This document shows positions 17,804 through 27,015 of a stretch of 64,000 nt of DNA, piece by piece. How positions within the stretch are numbered: position 1 is the stretch's first letter; every line of letters begins with the position of its first letter. The notes under the pieces were generated by a model. That model was not told where the DNA came from, made no database searches, and worked only from the letters and a program-made list of their open reading frames with translations. Origin of the DNA: Pseudomonadota bacterium (GTDB lineage Bacteria > UBA10199 > 2-02-FULL-44-16 > JAAZCA01); contig JAZDOG010000090.1 in assembly GCA_043798915.1 (NCBI GenBank), positions 8,229 through 72,228 of the forward strand. Direction: 5' to 3'. A program made the position numbers and the translations under genes.

Positions 17804-19918
17804 CTATATTGTCTCGATCGAAATGCCAACGGAAAACTTTGCGTTGCCCCCGCTCCAGTCGGGCTGCCATGCGAGCCAGATCGCGGAGCCCTGATACATG
17901 CGATCGAAACCCTTCTCGGACTGCGACACGGTTTCGACCGGCATGACGAGCGCCCGGGGCGCATCCGCTTCGATCCGGAGCCTGAAGCCGAACGCGCGGT
18001 CCACCGCATCGATTTGACTTACGCCCTCGAGCGAGCGGACAGCGTCCATGAATACCTCCCCCGGCTCAACTCCTTTCCACTGGTAGTAGCGGTCGCGGTC
18101 GTGGCCCGCCAGCAGTGTGAAATTAATTTCAGTGGCGAGCCACATCGGAGGGCGGCCCTTGCCGGTGTGCCTCCAGCTGTAGTGCACATCGAGGTGTCCT
18201 CCAGCCCCAAGCCTGTACTCCTTTTCTATGGCCAGAGACGCGCCAGAGGCCGTCACGCATTCCGCGGCGAGCACCACGGAGGCGCCATCCGCGCCGCAGC
18301 GGTGCGAGGCGATCCTGCAGGGGAAAGCGGAGACGGCCGGCGAGTCGTCATTCTTTTTCTCCAGGATCGATTGCCAGCGCGGCTCGATGTCGAATGCGTG
18401 GTCGATGAACGCGTATCGCGGCAGGCGATCGTAGGTGAGGAGCTTCTCCAAGCCGCCGATGTCCTTGCCCAGGTCGTGGATCGACGGTATGGCGCCGTCG
18501 CCGGCATGCCTGTGGCCGTTCTTCGCCGCGTGGTAGGCCTCGAAGCGGCGGGCCAGCGTGTTTAAGATGTTGAAGCGGGCGGGGCGCCAGTCGAGCTCCG
18601 CCAAGCTGCCTCCGGCATCCGGCTTCACGATGCACAAGAGCTTCTCGTTTGAGAGGATCGCCTCGTCAAACCCGTCGCGATCCACATCGGCTATCTCCAG
18701 GCGCGTGAACGGGCCTTCCCCTTCGAGCGCGCGGTCGACGGCCGAGTCGGCGTCTATCAGGTTCTGGTAGAGGGCGTGCCTCAAGTAGTTGAGGTAGAGG
18801 CCGCCGAAGAGCCCGTGCCAGTATGCGCAGTTGCACTGCGCCCGGTAGAGGGCGCTCCTCGCCTCCGTGAGCTTTGCGCCTTTTGCCTCGGCCGCATCGA
18901 TCTTGTCGGAGACGTGGATGGAGCGCTTGTGGATCAGGTTGCTCTCCGGATATTTCGTCAGGAAGTTGTCCCAATATCCGCCGCGGAAGAACGGCGCGGA
19001 TTTTTCCCAGAGGCCAGCCTGTTCGATGGATATTTTCGCGTCGTTGTAGGCGACGATCGACTCGGCAGGCATCGCCCACTCGAGCATCTCGCTGTAGGAG
19101 GCGGTGGGGAGGTATATGCGGCCCTCGGGTTTGCGCATCCCCATGTATTCGCTGAAGGCGATCGTCGCTATGCGGTCGGCTGCCTTCTCCAAACCGGCGA
19201 GAAATCGCTCGAGCCAGCCCTTCGCTATCACCCAGTCGTACGTCCCCGGCCAGACTCCGAACTTCTCGCCGTCGTCGCCGTAGGTGACCGCCTTCCCCGG
19301 AAATCTATCCTGAAGGTGCAGCAGGTGTCCGATCACATCCTCGGGCATTTTGAACGGGATGAGATAGCGGAGCATCTTGTCGCTCGGGAATATCGAGACG
19401 GACTTGCCCGCGCGCTCCGTGCGCCAGTAGCCGAAGAGCGTCTCGCCCGTCTGGCCCGCGTGCCTGAAGTGCTGGTCGTCGAGTATCGTGAACGAGATGC
19501 CGGCGTCGTGGAGGAGCGCCGCGAGCGAGGGCTCCCACACTCTTTCGGCCAGCCACATGCCCGCGGGCTTTTTGCCCGTGCGCTTCTCCCAGAAGCGCTG
19601 CATCATCCCTATCTGCCCCAGCGCATCGGAGGGCTTGAGTATCGGCAGTATCGGTTCGTAGTAGCCGCCCCCGAGAATTTCGAGCTGACCGCGGGTGGTG
19701 AGCGCCGCCACGCGATCGAGATAGTCGCCCTCGTGTTTGGCCGCCCAGTCGAGGAGGGGCCCAGAGTGGTGCAGGGAGAAGCGGATCGAGGGATGGCGCT
19801 CGAAGGCCTCGAGGACAGGCCGATAGCAGCGCTTGAACGCATCCGCAAAGACGCCTTCGAAATTCCCCACAGGCTGGTGATGGTGAAGGCCCAATAATAA
19901 ATAAATCGGCTCTGCCAT
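17804..19918 (-). CDS. GH57 4-alpha-glucanotransferase/alpha-amylase
   Basis: HHHQP, GMWLAERVWEP, YGDDGEKFGVWP, QCNCAYWHGLFGGLY, VETVSQSEKGF..MYQG. Confidence 0.93.
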   Translation of the reverse strand: MAEPIYLLLGLHHHQPVGNFEGVFADAFKRCYRPVLEAFERHPSIRFSLHHSGPLLDWAAKHEGDYLDRVAALTTRGQLEILGGGYYEPILPILKPSDALGQIGMMQRFWEKRTGKKPAGMWLAERVWEPSLAALLHDAGISFTILDDQHFRHAGQTGETLFGYWRTERAGKSVSIFPSDKMLRYLIPFKMPEDVIGHLLHLQDRFPGKAVTYGDDGEKFGVWPGTYDWVIAKGWLERFLAGLEKAADRIATIAFSEYMGMRKPEGRIYLPTASYSEMLEWAMPAESIVAYNDAKISIEQAGLWEKSAPFFRGGYWDNFLTKYPESNLIHKRSIHVSDKIDAAEAKGAKLTEARSALYRAQCNCAYWHGLFGGLYLNYLRHALYQNLIDADSAVDRALEGEGPFTRLEIADVDRDGFDEAILSNEKLLCIVKPDAGGSLAELDWRPARFNILNTLARRFEAYHAAKNGHRHAGDGAIPSIHDLGKDIGGLEKLLTYDRLPRYAFIDHAFDIEPRWQSILEKKNDDSPAVSAFPCRIASHRCGADGASVVLAAECVTASGASLAIEKEYRLGAGGHLDVHYSWRHTGKGRPPMWLATEINFTLLAGHDRDRYYQWKGVEPGEVFMDAVRSLEGVSQIDAVDRAFGFRLRIEADAPRALVMPVETVSQSEKGFDRMYQGSAIWLAWQPDWSGGNAKFSVGISIETI

Positions 19919-19930
19919 ATGAAACCTCGA

Positions 19931-22087
19931 CTAGACCGACCACATCCTCTGCTCGTATGTCTCGTCCGGCACTAAAAAGCGTATGTGCGAGTAGCGACGT
20001 ATCTCGACGCCGTGGCGGTGGAGGGCGATGGCTATCGTCATCTTCTCCCCTGGCTTGAACCCCAGCCCGGCGAATGACATCGCTATTTCCAGGATCTCGC
20101 CCGCATACCACTGCACCGATTCTTTCCAGGTTTGTGGGGAGCCGTGATCGCCCGTGCAATTCATGGCGAAGCCATCCCCCTCTTTTTTCATATCGAACCT
20201 GCAGTTCTTTTTGCCGTCGTGGAGATAGAAGATGAGTTCCTCGTCTTCCCCGATGCTGAAGCTTGCCGCGGGGTCGACGGGGTCCAGGCGCAGGAAGCAC
20301 GTCTCCGTGTTGAAGCCGAAGAATATCGCCTCGAAGGGCTCGCTGCCGATCGCCATGGCGCCGCCGCGGCCGTGAACCGCGTACCTGACCGCGTTCGACC
20401 ATTCGAAGAACGAGGTCCTCTTGCCGTCTATCGAGGGCTCCATGAAGCCGGCGGGCTCCGCGATCTTCTCGCTCACGTCCGAGAACCGGTAGATGGGTTC
20501 GAAGAGGAAGATGGGCATGTCCAGCCCCAGGAACGTGAATATGTTCTTGAGGTGCAGGCGGAATATCCGGTCGAAGTCCGCCTTGAACGCCGAGTCGAAG
20601 TCGTCGTCATACCACCAGAACCAGTCGCTGCCGCAGGCTGCGGCGAGCGACTCGAAGGCCTTTGCCGCGTTGGGGTCGGAGCGCCGCCTGGTCTCGGAGA
20701 GGGCGTCGCCCAGCTCGTCGATGGTGCGCTTGATGTAATTCCACGCGGTGTTCTTCTGGGGCTTGCATATCCATATGTTGAAGTTGGCGTCTATCCAGGA
20801 GCCGGTGTGGAGCTTGTCCAGCGTGACCTGCGGCCTGTGCTCGGCGAGGTAGCCGCCCACGGTGGCGGTGGGCACGCCGTCCTTCTCGATCTTTTCGAAG
20901 AGGCCCGTGAGGAACTCCCTGCCGGACTCGGGATAGAACTCCCACGGGTTCTCGCCGTCGAGTATCACCGTCACGAGCCGTTCGCCCTTCCTGGCTCCCT
21001 CGTCGATTTTTTTGATGTGCCCCAGAAATTCATCGATCGCAGCGGCGGCTGGCATGCGGGAGTAGGTGAAACCGATGAGGTCGGACAGGCCGTGATCGCG
21101 GAACACGATGTCGATGCTCTTCCCCTCGAATGTCGCGGAGAAGGGTTGGTGCAGGGGAGTGCCCTTGAGGGAGGCCGGCAGCGAGAGGCCCAGCACCCTG
21201 TCGTCCGTGGCCATCCAGGAGACGCCTGCATCGGCCAGCATCGGGATCATCTCGGGGCAGACGCTTCCCTCCGCAGGCCACATGCCGCGGGGCCTTCTGC
21301 CTGTCCAGCGCTCCATCGAATCGAGCGCGCTTTGCACCTGTGCCCGCGCCATCTGAGGAAGCTTCATGGCGGGGGGCAGCATCGCCTTGGGGCTGCTGCG
21401 CAGCGCGAACGACGTGTCGATGAGGAGCGGGAGTATCGGATGATAGTGAGGGGTGGTGCATATCTCCACGTTCTCTGAATTGGCCGCGCGGCGCAAGCCC
21501 TCGAGCAGGCCCTTCATGATTCTCTTCTGCGCGTCGATGACGAAGCGCTTGTCATCCTCGGTGAAGTGGCCGAGCGCGAGCATCTGGCTGATCTCGGGGA
21601 TCTCCTGCGTTGCGGCGAAGCCGAACCAGACGAGGTTGTAATAGACCTGGAGGTTCAAGTAATCCTGCGTGGAGAAGAAGCGGATCGCCTGCTGGTAGTC
21701 CACGCGCGACGGATCGAGCCCGCGCCGCGCCAGGAGCTTCTGGTAAGCTGGGTAGGGCGCGGTCTTGCGGTCCGGATTGGCCATGAAGAAGTGGTGGAGG
21801 ATGAAGGTCTTCTGCTGGGGCGTGAGTTGTTCCGCCGGTATGAGCGTGTGGTCGAGGAATGCGTCGCTTTTGCCCTCCTCGGTGTAGGCGAGTATCTGCT
21901 GCACGAGCGAGGGGACGAAGTTGATCGTGCCGCGGACTTGCGGGAAGCGCTCATAGAGGCGGATCATGTCGTAATATGAGTGGATCGCGTGGAGCCTCAC
22001 CCACGGCATGGTGCTTTCGCCAGTGGCCATGTCCCTGTAGAATGGTTGATGCATGTGCCAGACGATGGCCAGTGTGGTTCGCTGCAT
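19931..22087 (-). CDS. GH57 glycoside hydrolase (amylopullulanase-like)
   Basis: WHMHQP, HPILPLL, GMWPAEG, LDGENPWE, GSDWFWW. Confidence 0.92.
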   Translation of the reverse strand: MQRTTLAIVWHMHQPFYRDMATGESTMPWVRLHAIHSYYDMIRLYERFPQVRGTINFVPSLVQQILAYTEEGKSDAFLDHTLIPAEQLTPQQKTFILHHFFMANPDRKTAPYPAYQKLLARRGLDPSRVDYQQAIRFFSTQDYLNLQVYYNLVWFGFAATQEIPEISQMLALGHFTEDDKRFVIDAQKRIMKGLLEGLRRAANSENVEICTTPHYHPILPLLIDTSFALRSSPKAMLPPAMKLPQMARAQVQSALDSMERWTGRRPRGMWPAEGSVCPEMIPMLADAGVSWMATDDRVLGLSLPASLKGTPLHQPFSATFEGKSIDIVFRDHGLSDLIGFTYSRMPAAAAIDEFLGHIKKIDEGARKGERLVTVILDGENPWEFYPESGREFLTGLFEKIEKDGVPTATVGGYLAEHRPQVTLDKLHTGSWIDANFNIWICKPQKNTAWNYIKRTIDELGDALSETRRRSDPNAAKAFESLAAACGSDWFWWYDDDFDSAFKADFDRIFRLHLKNIFTFLGLDMPIFLFEPIYRFSDVSEKIAEPAGFMEPSIDGKRTSFFEWSNAVRYAVHGRGGAMAIGSEPFEAIFFGFNTETCFLRLDPVDPAASFSIGEDEELIFYLHDGKKNCRFDMKKEGDGFAMNCTGDHGSPQTWKESVQWYAGEILEIAMSFAGLGFKPGEKMTIAIALHRHGVEIRRYSHIRFLVPDETYEQRMWSV

Positions 22088-22197
22088 TTTGTTTTTGCCC
22101 CCCTGTCAGATGGGCGCTGACTATACAGAACCTATGGATAAGAAAAAGATAATTATAGCTGACAGCTATTACTGATAACTGCGTAATACTAGTGATG

Positions 22198-22294
22198 TTT
22201 CCCTCCCCTTTGTAAGGGGAGGGCCAGGGTGGGGTAGACCGCTGTTTCAATGCTGATCTACCTCCCCTATCCCCTCCTTACAAAGGAGGGGAAA
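22198..22294. repeat. Palindromic element, family A
   Basis: tttccctcccctttgtaagggg...ccttacaaaggaggggaaa; internal spacer ccgctgtttcaatgctga identical to the 26906 copy. Confidence 0.9.
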
Positions 22295-22300
22295 TTGATT

Positions 22301-23530
22301 TTACAGCGTCGCCATCTTTGGAATCACCACGATGCCGTTTGGCGAGACCATGTAGCGCTTCCTGTCCTCCTCCGTGTCGTAGCCTATGATCGTCCCCGGC
22401 GGTATGACGACGTCCTTGTCTATGATGGCGCGGCGTATCTTCGAATGCCGCCCGATGTTCACCCGCTCGAAGATTATGCTCTCGTCGACCTGGCAGAAGC
22501 TGTTGACGCGCACCGCCGGGGAGAGGACGGACCTGTTGATCCGGCCTCCGGAGATGATGTCCCCGCTGCAGACGAGAGAATCCGTCGCCATGCCGACGCG
22601 CTCGCTCTTCTTGTCTGCAAAGACGAACTTCGCGGGCGGATGCGTGTCGAACGCCGTGTGTATCGGCCATGCGTCGTTGTAGAGGTTGAAGACCGGCGAG
22701 ACCGAGACGAGGTCCATCGACGCCTTCCAGTAGCTGTCTATGGAACCGATGTCCCGCCAGTAGCCCCGCTCATCGGAGGTGGCGCCGGGGACCTGGTTGT
22801 CGACAAAGTTATAGGCCATTACCTTCTTGTCGAGGTAGAGCCTTGGCAGGATGTCGCGCCCGAAGTCGTGCATGGATTCATGGCTCTCGGCGTCCTTCCT
22901 CGCCGCTTCGATGAGCACCTCAGCCTTGAAGATGTAGATGCCCATGGAGCAGAGGGAACGCGTCGAATCCTGCGGCATCGGAGTCGGCGAAGCCGGTTTT
23001 TCCGCGAAGCCGACGATCCTCCAGGTATCGTCCACAATCACGATGCCGAAGTTCGTCGCCTCGCCGATGAGGCACGGGATGACCGCCACGGTGACATCCG
23101 CGCCGTTTCGGCGATGGAACTCCATCATGTGGCGCATGTCCATCCTGTAGACGTGATCGCCGCCAAGGATGCAAACGTCGTCCGCGTGCGCGTTCGTGAT
23201 ATGGTGCAGGTTCTGAAAGACGGCATCCGCGCTCCCCTTGTACCAATGGTTGCCCGTGCGCATCTGGGCCGGGACCGCGTCTATGAACTGGTCCAGGAGC
23301 GGGGGCAGATGCCAGCCCCTCTTGAGATGGCGCAGGAGCGAGTCGGCCTTGAACTGCGTCAGCACGAGGATCCTCAAGAACCCGGAGTTTACGAGATTTG
23401 AGAGCACGAAGTCGACGATGCGGTAGTGGCCGCCGAACGGCACGGCGGGCTTGGCGCGCTCGTTGGTGAGGGGGCGAAGCCTCTCGCCCTGACCGCCGGC
23501 CAGCACGATTGAAATTATTGATTTCATCAC
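22301..23530 (-). CDS. glgC: Glucose-1-phosphate adenylyltransferase
   Basis: LAGGQGERLRPLT.ERAKPAVPFGG, GSADAVFQN, GDHVYRMD, YWRDIG, C-terminal hexapeptide repeats. Confidence 0.97.
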   Translation of the reverse strand: MMKSIISIVLAGGQGERLRPLTNERAKPAVPFGGHYRIVDFVLSNLVNSGFLRILVLTQFKADSLLRHLKRGWHLPPLLDQFIDAVPAQMRTGNHWYKGSADAVFQNLHHITNAHADDVCILGGDHVYRMDMRHMMEFHRRNGADVTVAVIPCLIGEATNFGIVIVDDTWRIVGFAEKPASPTPMPQDSTRSLCSMGIYIFKAEVLIEAARKDAESHESMHDFGRDILPRLYLDKKVMAYNFVDNQVPGATSDERGYWRDIGSIDSYWKASMDLVSVSPVFNLYNDAWPIHTAFDTHPPAKFVFADKKSERVGMATDSLVCSGDIISGGRINRSVLSPAVRVNSFCQVDESIIFERVNIGRHSKIRRAIIDKDVVIPPGTIIGYDTEEDRKRYMVSPNGIVVIPKMATL

Positions 23531-23623
23531 ATCCTCAAGCTTATGCTACAAGCACAACATACTTAGTCAACCCCGCAGAAAATAGCAAATAATTTCAACA
23601 TGTTTGGCAAATGTAAAAACCAC

Positions 23624-23650
23624 GCAACTTTCTGGCGGAACTGCCGATAA
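23624..23650 (+). promoter_or_regulatory. Sigma28/FliA-like promoter
   Basis: GCAA-N15-GCCGATAA upstream of 23743; perfect -10 box, imperfect -35. Confidence 0.55.
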
Positions 23651-23742
23651 TACATACAGTGGAGCGGTTTTCATAATAATTGGCGCAGCTGGCCAATATG
23701 GTATAAGCGTGTCTGGTGGTTTTTTGAAGGAGGAGGTTACCA

Positions 23743-25218
23743 ATGAGCTGGGATTATATTAAGGCAGCTGTGTTTTGCCTGGGTGGGTTTAACCCCCTTT
23801 GCTGGGCGGGTTGTGGCAACGACATACAACTTCCGCCCCCTGCGGCCACCGATGGTGGAAAGATACCGCCGGTCTTTCGGAATCCGGCCAGGTTCGGCGA
23901 TTCCGCGGCGCTGCGCGACATGTCCAGTTATGTGCAGGCGGGCGACATGACAGAGCCGATCGTCTGCACTGGTGTCGATACTGTCGAAGTGGTGTCATAT
24001 GGCGGAGGCGGAAAAACCAGCGGCAACGTGAAGGATATCGATGTCAGGGATAATCACCTGACGATCTTGTCAGATTTGAACCTGATGCTTCGTGCGAAGC
24101 TGGATCCCGCCAATCCCGGCAAGCAGCTTGCCCCAACGTGGAGCAAGCCGCTGGGCACGCAGATCAACGTGGAAAAGAATGCGACTATCAGTCCGGTGCA
24201 GGTCGTGGACTTCCTGGATGGCACCTATATGGTGCCCTTCACCGTTTCAGGCAGCCAGACGTTTTCAAGCGGGGCGGACCTTGTATCGGTAGATCCGAAG
24301 GCAACCCTTCCGAATTTGGACGCCGTAAAGGGGAGCACTCTCAATCCTGTCACGCTCCTTACACCCGCAGTGAGCATCAAGCCGGAGGTTCTTTCAGGGC
24401 TCATCTACAGCAAGAGGGCCATCGTTGCATCGAGCAATTGCACAGACAAGCCCGTCGCTAAGGGTTGCCTGCTTTCCTACGGCATCGTCAACGGTTCTTT
24501 CGAGACAAGCAATAACGTCCAGCTGGCGGCCTGGTTGACGGGAAAAAATGCGCTGGCGGTAGAAATGCTGGACGGGACGATGGCCGCGGCCCTCTCCAAT
24601 GATGTCGATAAAAATGGCGTCGGCACCATGGCCTACATCGACATCGTCGATCTTTCGCTGCCTTTTACGAGCGCGACGAGCCCCAAACCGATTTCGCTGG
24701 GCATCGGCGACGCGGTATCCTTCGGGGAACTGGCGGTGACCGACGACAAGAGCCATGCGGCGGTGGTCTCCAAAACAGGCGAGATCCGTTACGTGGACCT
24801 TGCGGCTCAAACGGTGGCCAGCTCCTTCGATCTCAGCAAGGTTCCGCCGTTTGCCGGAAAACCAAAGGATCTAGCGATCGATGGGACGACGGTCTACGTG
24901 GACACGGACCAATACATATTCGTCGTCGATTTCAGCGACGCGGCCAATCCGAAGGTGTCGAAGGTAATGTATCCTGGCGCACAAAACCTTGGGGCGATGG
25001 CGATCTACAACAGCACCTACCTCTATGTCGTGTCATCGTCTGATTGCGGCCAATATCGCGATTCTCCTGGCGATCACGTCCTGGGCATAAATCTGTTAAA
25101 CGCGCCGACATGGAGCGCTCCGCCGGTGCCCGATATGACTGTTGTGCCTGATATGAGCGTGCCTCCTGATTTGAGAGTGCCTCCTGATTTGATGGTGTCC
25201 CGGGATATGCCCGAGTGA
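23743..25218 (+). CDS. Secreted/lipoprotein with beta-propeller-like (LVIVD-like) repeats and a PD(M/L) tail
   Basis: aggaggagg RBS; WAGC possible lipobox; DLAIDGTTVYV..IFVVDFSDAANP repeat. Confidence 0.75.
   Translation: MSWDYIKAAVFCLGGFNPLCWAGCGNDIQLPPPAATDGGKIPPVFRNPARFGDSAALRDMSSYVQAGDMTEPIVCTGVDTVEVVSYGGGGKTSGNVKDIDVRDNHLTILSDLNLMLRAKLDPANPGKQLAPTWSKPLGTQINVEKNATISPVQVVDFLDGTYMVPFTVSGSQTFSSGADLVSVDPKATLPNLDAVKGSTLNPVTLLTPAVSIKPEVLSGLIYSKRAIVASSNCTDKPVAKGCLLSYGIVNGSFETSNNVQLAAWLTGKNALAVEMLDGTMAAALSNDVDKNGVGTMAYIDIVDLSLPFTSATSPKPISLGIGDAVSFGELAVTDDKSHAAVVSKTGEIRYVDLAAQTVASSFDLSKVPPFAGKPKDLAIDGTTVYVDTDQYIFVVDFSDAANPKVSKVMYPGAQNLGAMAIYNSTYLYVVSSSDCGQYRDSPGDHVLGINLLNAPTWSAPPVPDMTVVPDMSVPPDLRVPPDLMVSRDMPE
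25123..25212 (+). repeat. Five degenerate 18-bp tandem repeats encoding xxPD(M/L)x
   Basis: PVPDMT/VVPDMS/VPPDLR/VPPDLM/VSRDMP. Confidence 0.85.
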
Positions 25219-25252
25219 TAGCGCCCGTTGCCGGGTCCCGAATGACAAGTGG

Positions 25253-26614
25253 TTACGCCTGAAAGGTTTCAACCAGGCGCGGAATCTCTGAAACCATGTA
25301 GAGGGGCACGGACAGAAGGCGGTATTTCAGCGCTGGCCGTGATATTTTGATTTCCTCGATCTGCAGTTGCCCATCATAGATGCGGATAGCCAGTGGTGAC
25401 TTGCGGGTTGCCATGAACTGATGGAGTGAAAACAGCGTAGAACCTCGTCCTGCTTTGACCTCCACCGGCAAGAGATGAGGCCCGGACGGAAAAAGATAGT
25501 CGACCTCCGCTGTCGAACCTTTGGCTTCCCTGTGCCAATAAAATAGCTCCGGCCTCCTGTGAAGGCCAAGCAGCGGAAGGAATTCCTGTCCGACGAACTG
25601 TTCAGCCAGCCCCCCTTTATATACCGAACTGTAGTTATTGCTCTCAAGAATCTCGGCCGAGATGTGGTTCACATGCTGCGCGAGACCGATATCCAGAAAG
25701 ACAAGTTTGGGCTGTGATTTCTTGAGCGGAAGGAGCGGAAATGATGCCTCCTTCGCGCGGTTCACGCGGTTGAGTATCATGGCCCTCTGCAGCAGACCAA
25801 TGGAGACGCCGGTCGCCCTGCTCCCCATCTCGCCGCCAAATTTGTTCAGGTTCACCCTCTGCCCTATCCATTTTGGCGCTTCGCGAAAGACCTCGTCGAG
25901 ATTGTCGACGTTGACCCTCTTTGAATATTTTTTAAAATCGTCGCGATACGTCTCGATTATGGATTCTTTCACAAATCCGGCTTCACGATACCCGCCTGTC
26001 GCGAAAAACTGGCTGACCGCTTCAGGCATTCCACCGACCAAGAGATAATCCCGAAGGTGTTTTCGCATCTCCCCGTGGATAGCATCCGATAGTTTTTCTT
26101 CGGGCCTTGAGCTCGTGAGGACATCGACAAGCCTCTTTTTGCCAGCCCCCTCCAGAAACTCCACAAATGTGAGGGGAAAAAGGTAATGAAAATCGACTCT
26201 GCCAACGGGGAAAGATTGTTGCTCGTTCTCCAGGACGAATTCCAGGAGAGAACCTGCCGCGATGACATGCTGACCCGGCAGTTCTTCGTGAAAATAGCGA
26301 AGTTTGATTATAGCTGGAGAATATTCCTGGATCTCATCTATAAATATAAGAGCCTTGCCGGGCGGGATTGGTGTGTCCTTGATTATCTCGAGTTCGCGGA
26401 TGATATCCCGGACTTCCGTCTTGTCGAAAAGCTGTTTGAGATGCGGCTCCTTTTCCAGGTTCACCACGACGAGATGTTCATAGTTATTCCTGCCAAACTC
26501 TTCAACAAGGCGGCTTTTGCCCGTCTGTCTTGCCCCCCTTATGACCAGTGGTTTGCGGCCGCTCCGGCCTTTCCAGTCCTTCAGGAACGCCTCACTATTG
26601 CGTTTAATATACAT
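25253..26614 (-). CDS. AAA_14 ATPase with DUF4143
   Basis: RKPLVIRGARQTGKS, FIDEIQ, AAGSLL, VGGMPE, FYWHRE...AEVDY..PVEVKAG; likely start MYIKR at 26614. Confidence 0.9.
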   Translation of the reverse strand: MYIKRNSEAFLKDWKGRSGRKPLVIRGARQTGKSRLVEEFGRNNYEHLVVVNLEKEPHLKQLFDKTEVRDIIRELEIIKDTPIPPGKALIFIDEIQEYSPAIIKLRYFHEELPGQHVIAAGSLLEFVLENEQQSFPVGRVDFHYLFPLTFVEFLEGAGKKRLVDVLTSSRPEEKLSDAIHGEMRKHLRDYLLVGGMPEAVSQFFATGGYREAGFVKESIIETYRDDFKKYSKRVNVDNLDEVFREAPKWIGQRVNLNKFGGEMGSRATGVSIGLLQRAMILNRVNRAKEASFPLLPLKKSQPKLVFLDIGLAQHVNHISAEILESNNYSSVYKGGLAEQFVGQEFLPLLGLHRRPELFYWHREAKGSTAEVDYLFPSGPHLLPVEVKAGRGSTLFSLHQFMATRKSPLAIRIYDGQLQIEEIKISRPALKYRLLSVPLYMVSEIPRLVETFQA

Positions 26615-26858
26615 ATAACATAGGCCCTTTGTTAGATATAATGTAATATAACATAGGCAAAAGAGCAATTGAAATGTAATAAATATGGGGGTCCTGCACT
26701 GATAAAGCGGATCGCGCCCTTGAACTACTCCAACCCTCGACGGATGATTCAAACCCCGTGTTCACAATGACAGACTCGCTGTGCCGCATGCCGAACAACC
26801 CCGGATATTCCTTCCTGTCGTTACCTTGTAATCATTGAAAAAATCACAGCCTCTTAAG

Positions 26859-26875
26859 TTGGCACGTGGATTGCT
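26859..26875 (+). promoter_or_regulatory. Sigma54 -24/-12 promoter
   Basis: TTGGCACGTGGATTGCT, GG-N10-GC spacing, upstream of the kinase gene. Confidence 0.75.
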
Positions 26876-26905
26876 AGTACAGTGTGAGGCTGGTTTTATA
26901 CGTGG

Positions 26906-26998
26906 CCCCTCCCCTTTGTAAGGGGAGGATGGGAGGGGTAGACCGCTGTTTCAATGCTGATCTACCTCCCCTTGCCCCTCCTTACAAAAGGAGGGGAA
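26906..26998. repeat. Palindromic element, family A, in the kinase 5' UTR
   Basis: cccctcccctttgtaagggg...ccttacaaaaggagggg. Confidence 0.9.
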
Positions 26999-27015
26999 TC
27001 ATTTGTTAGATAGTC

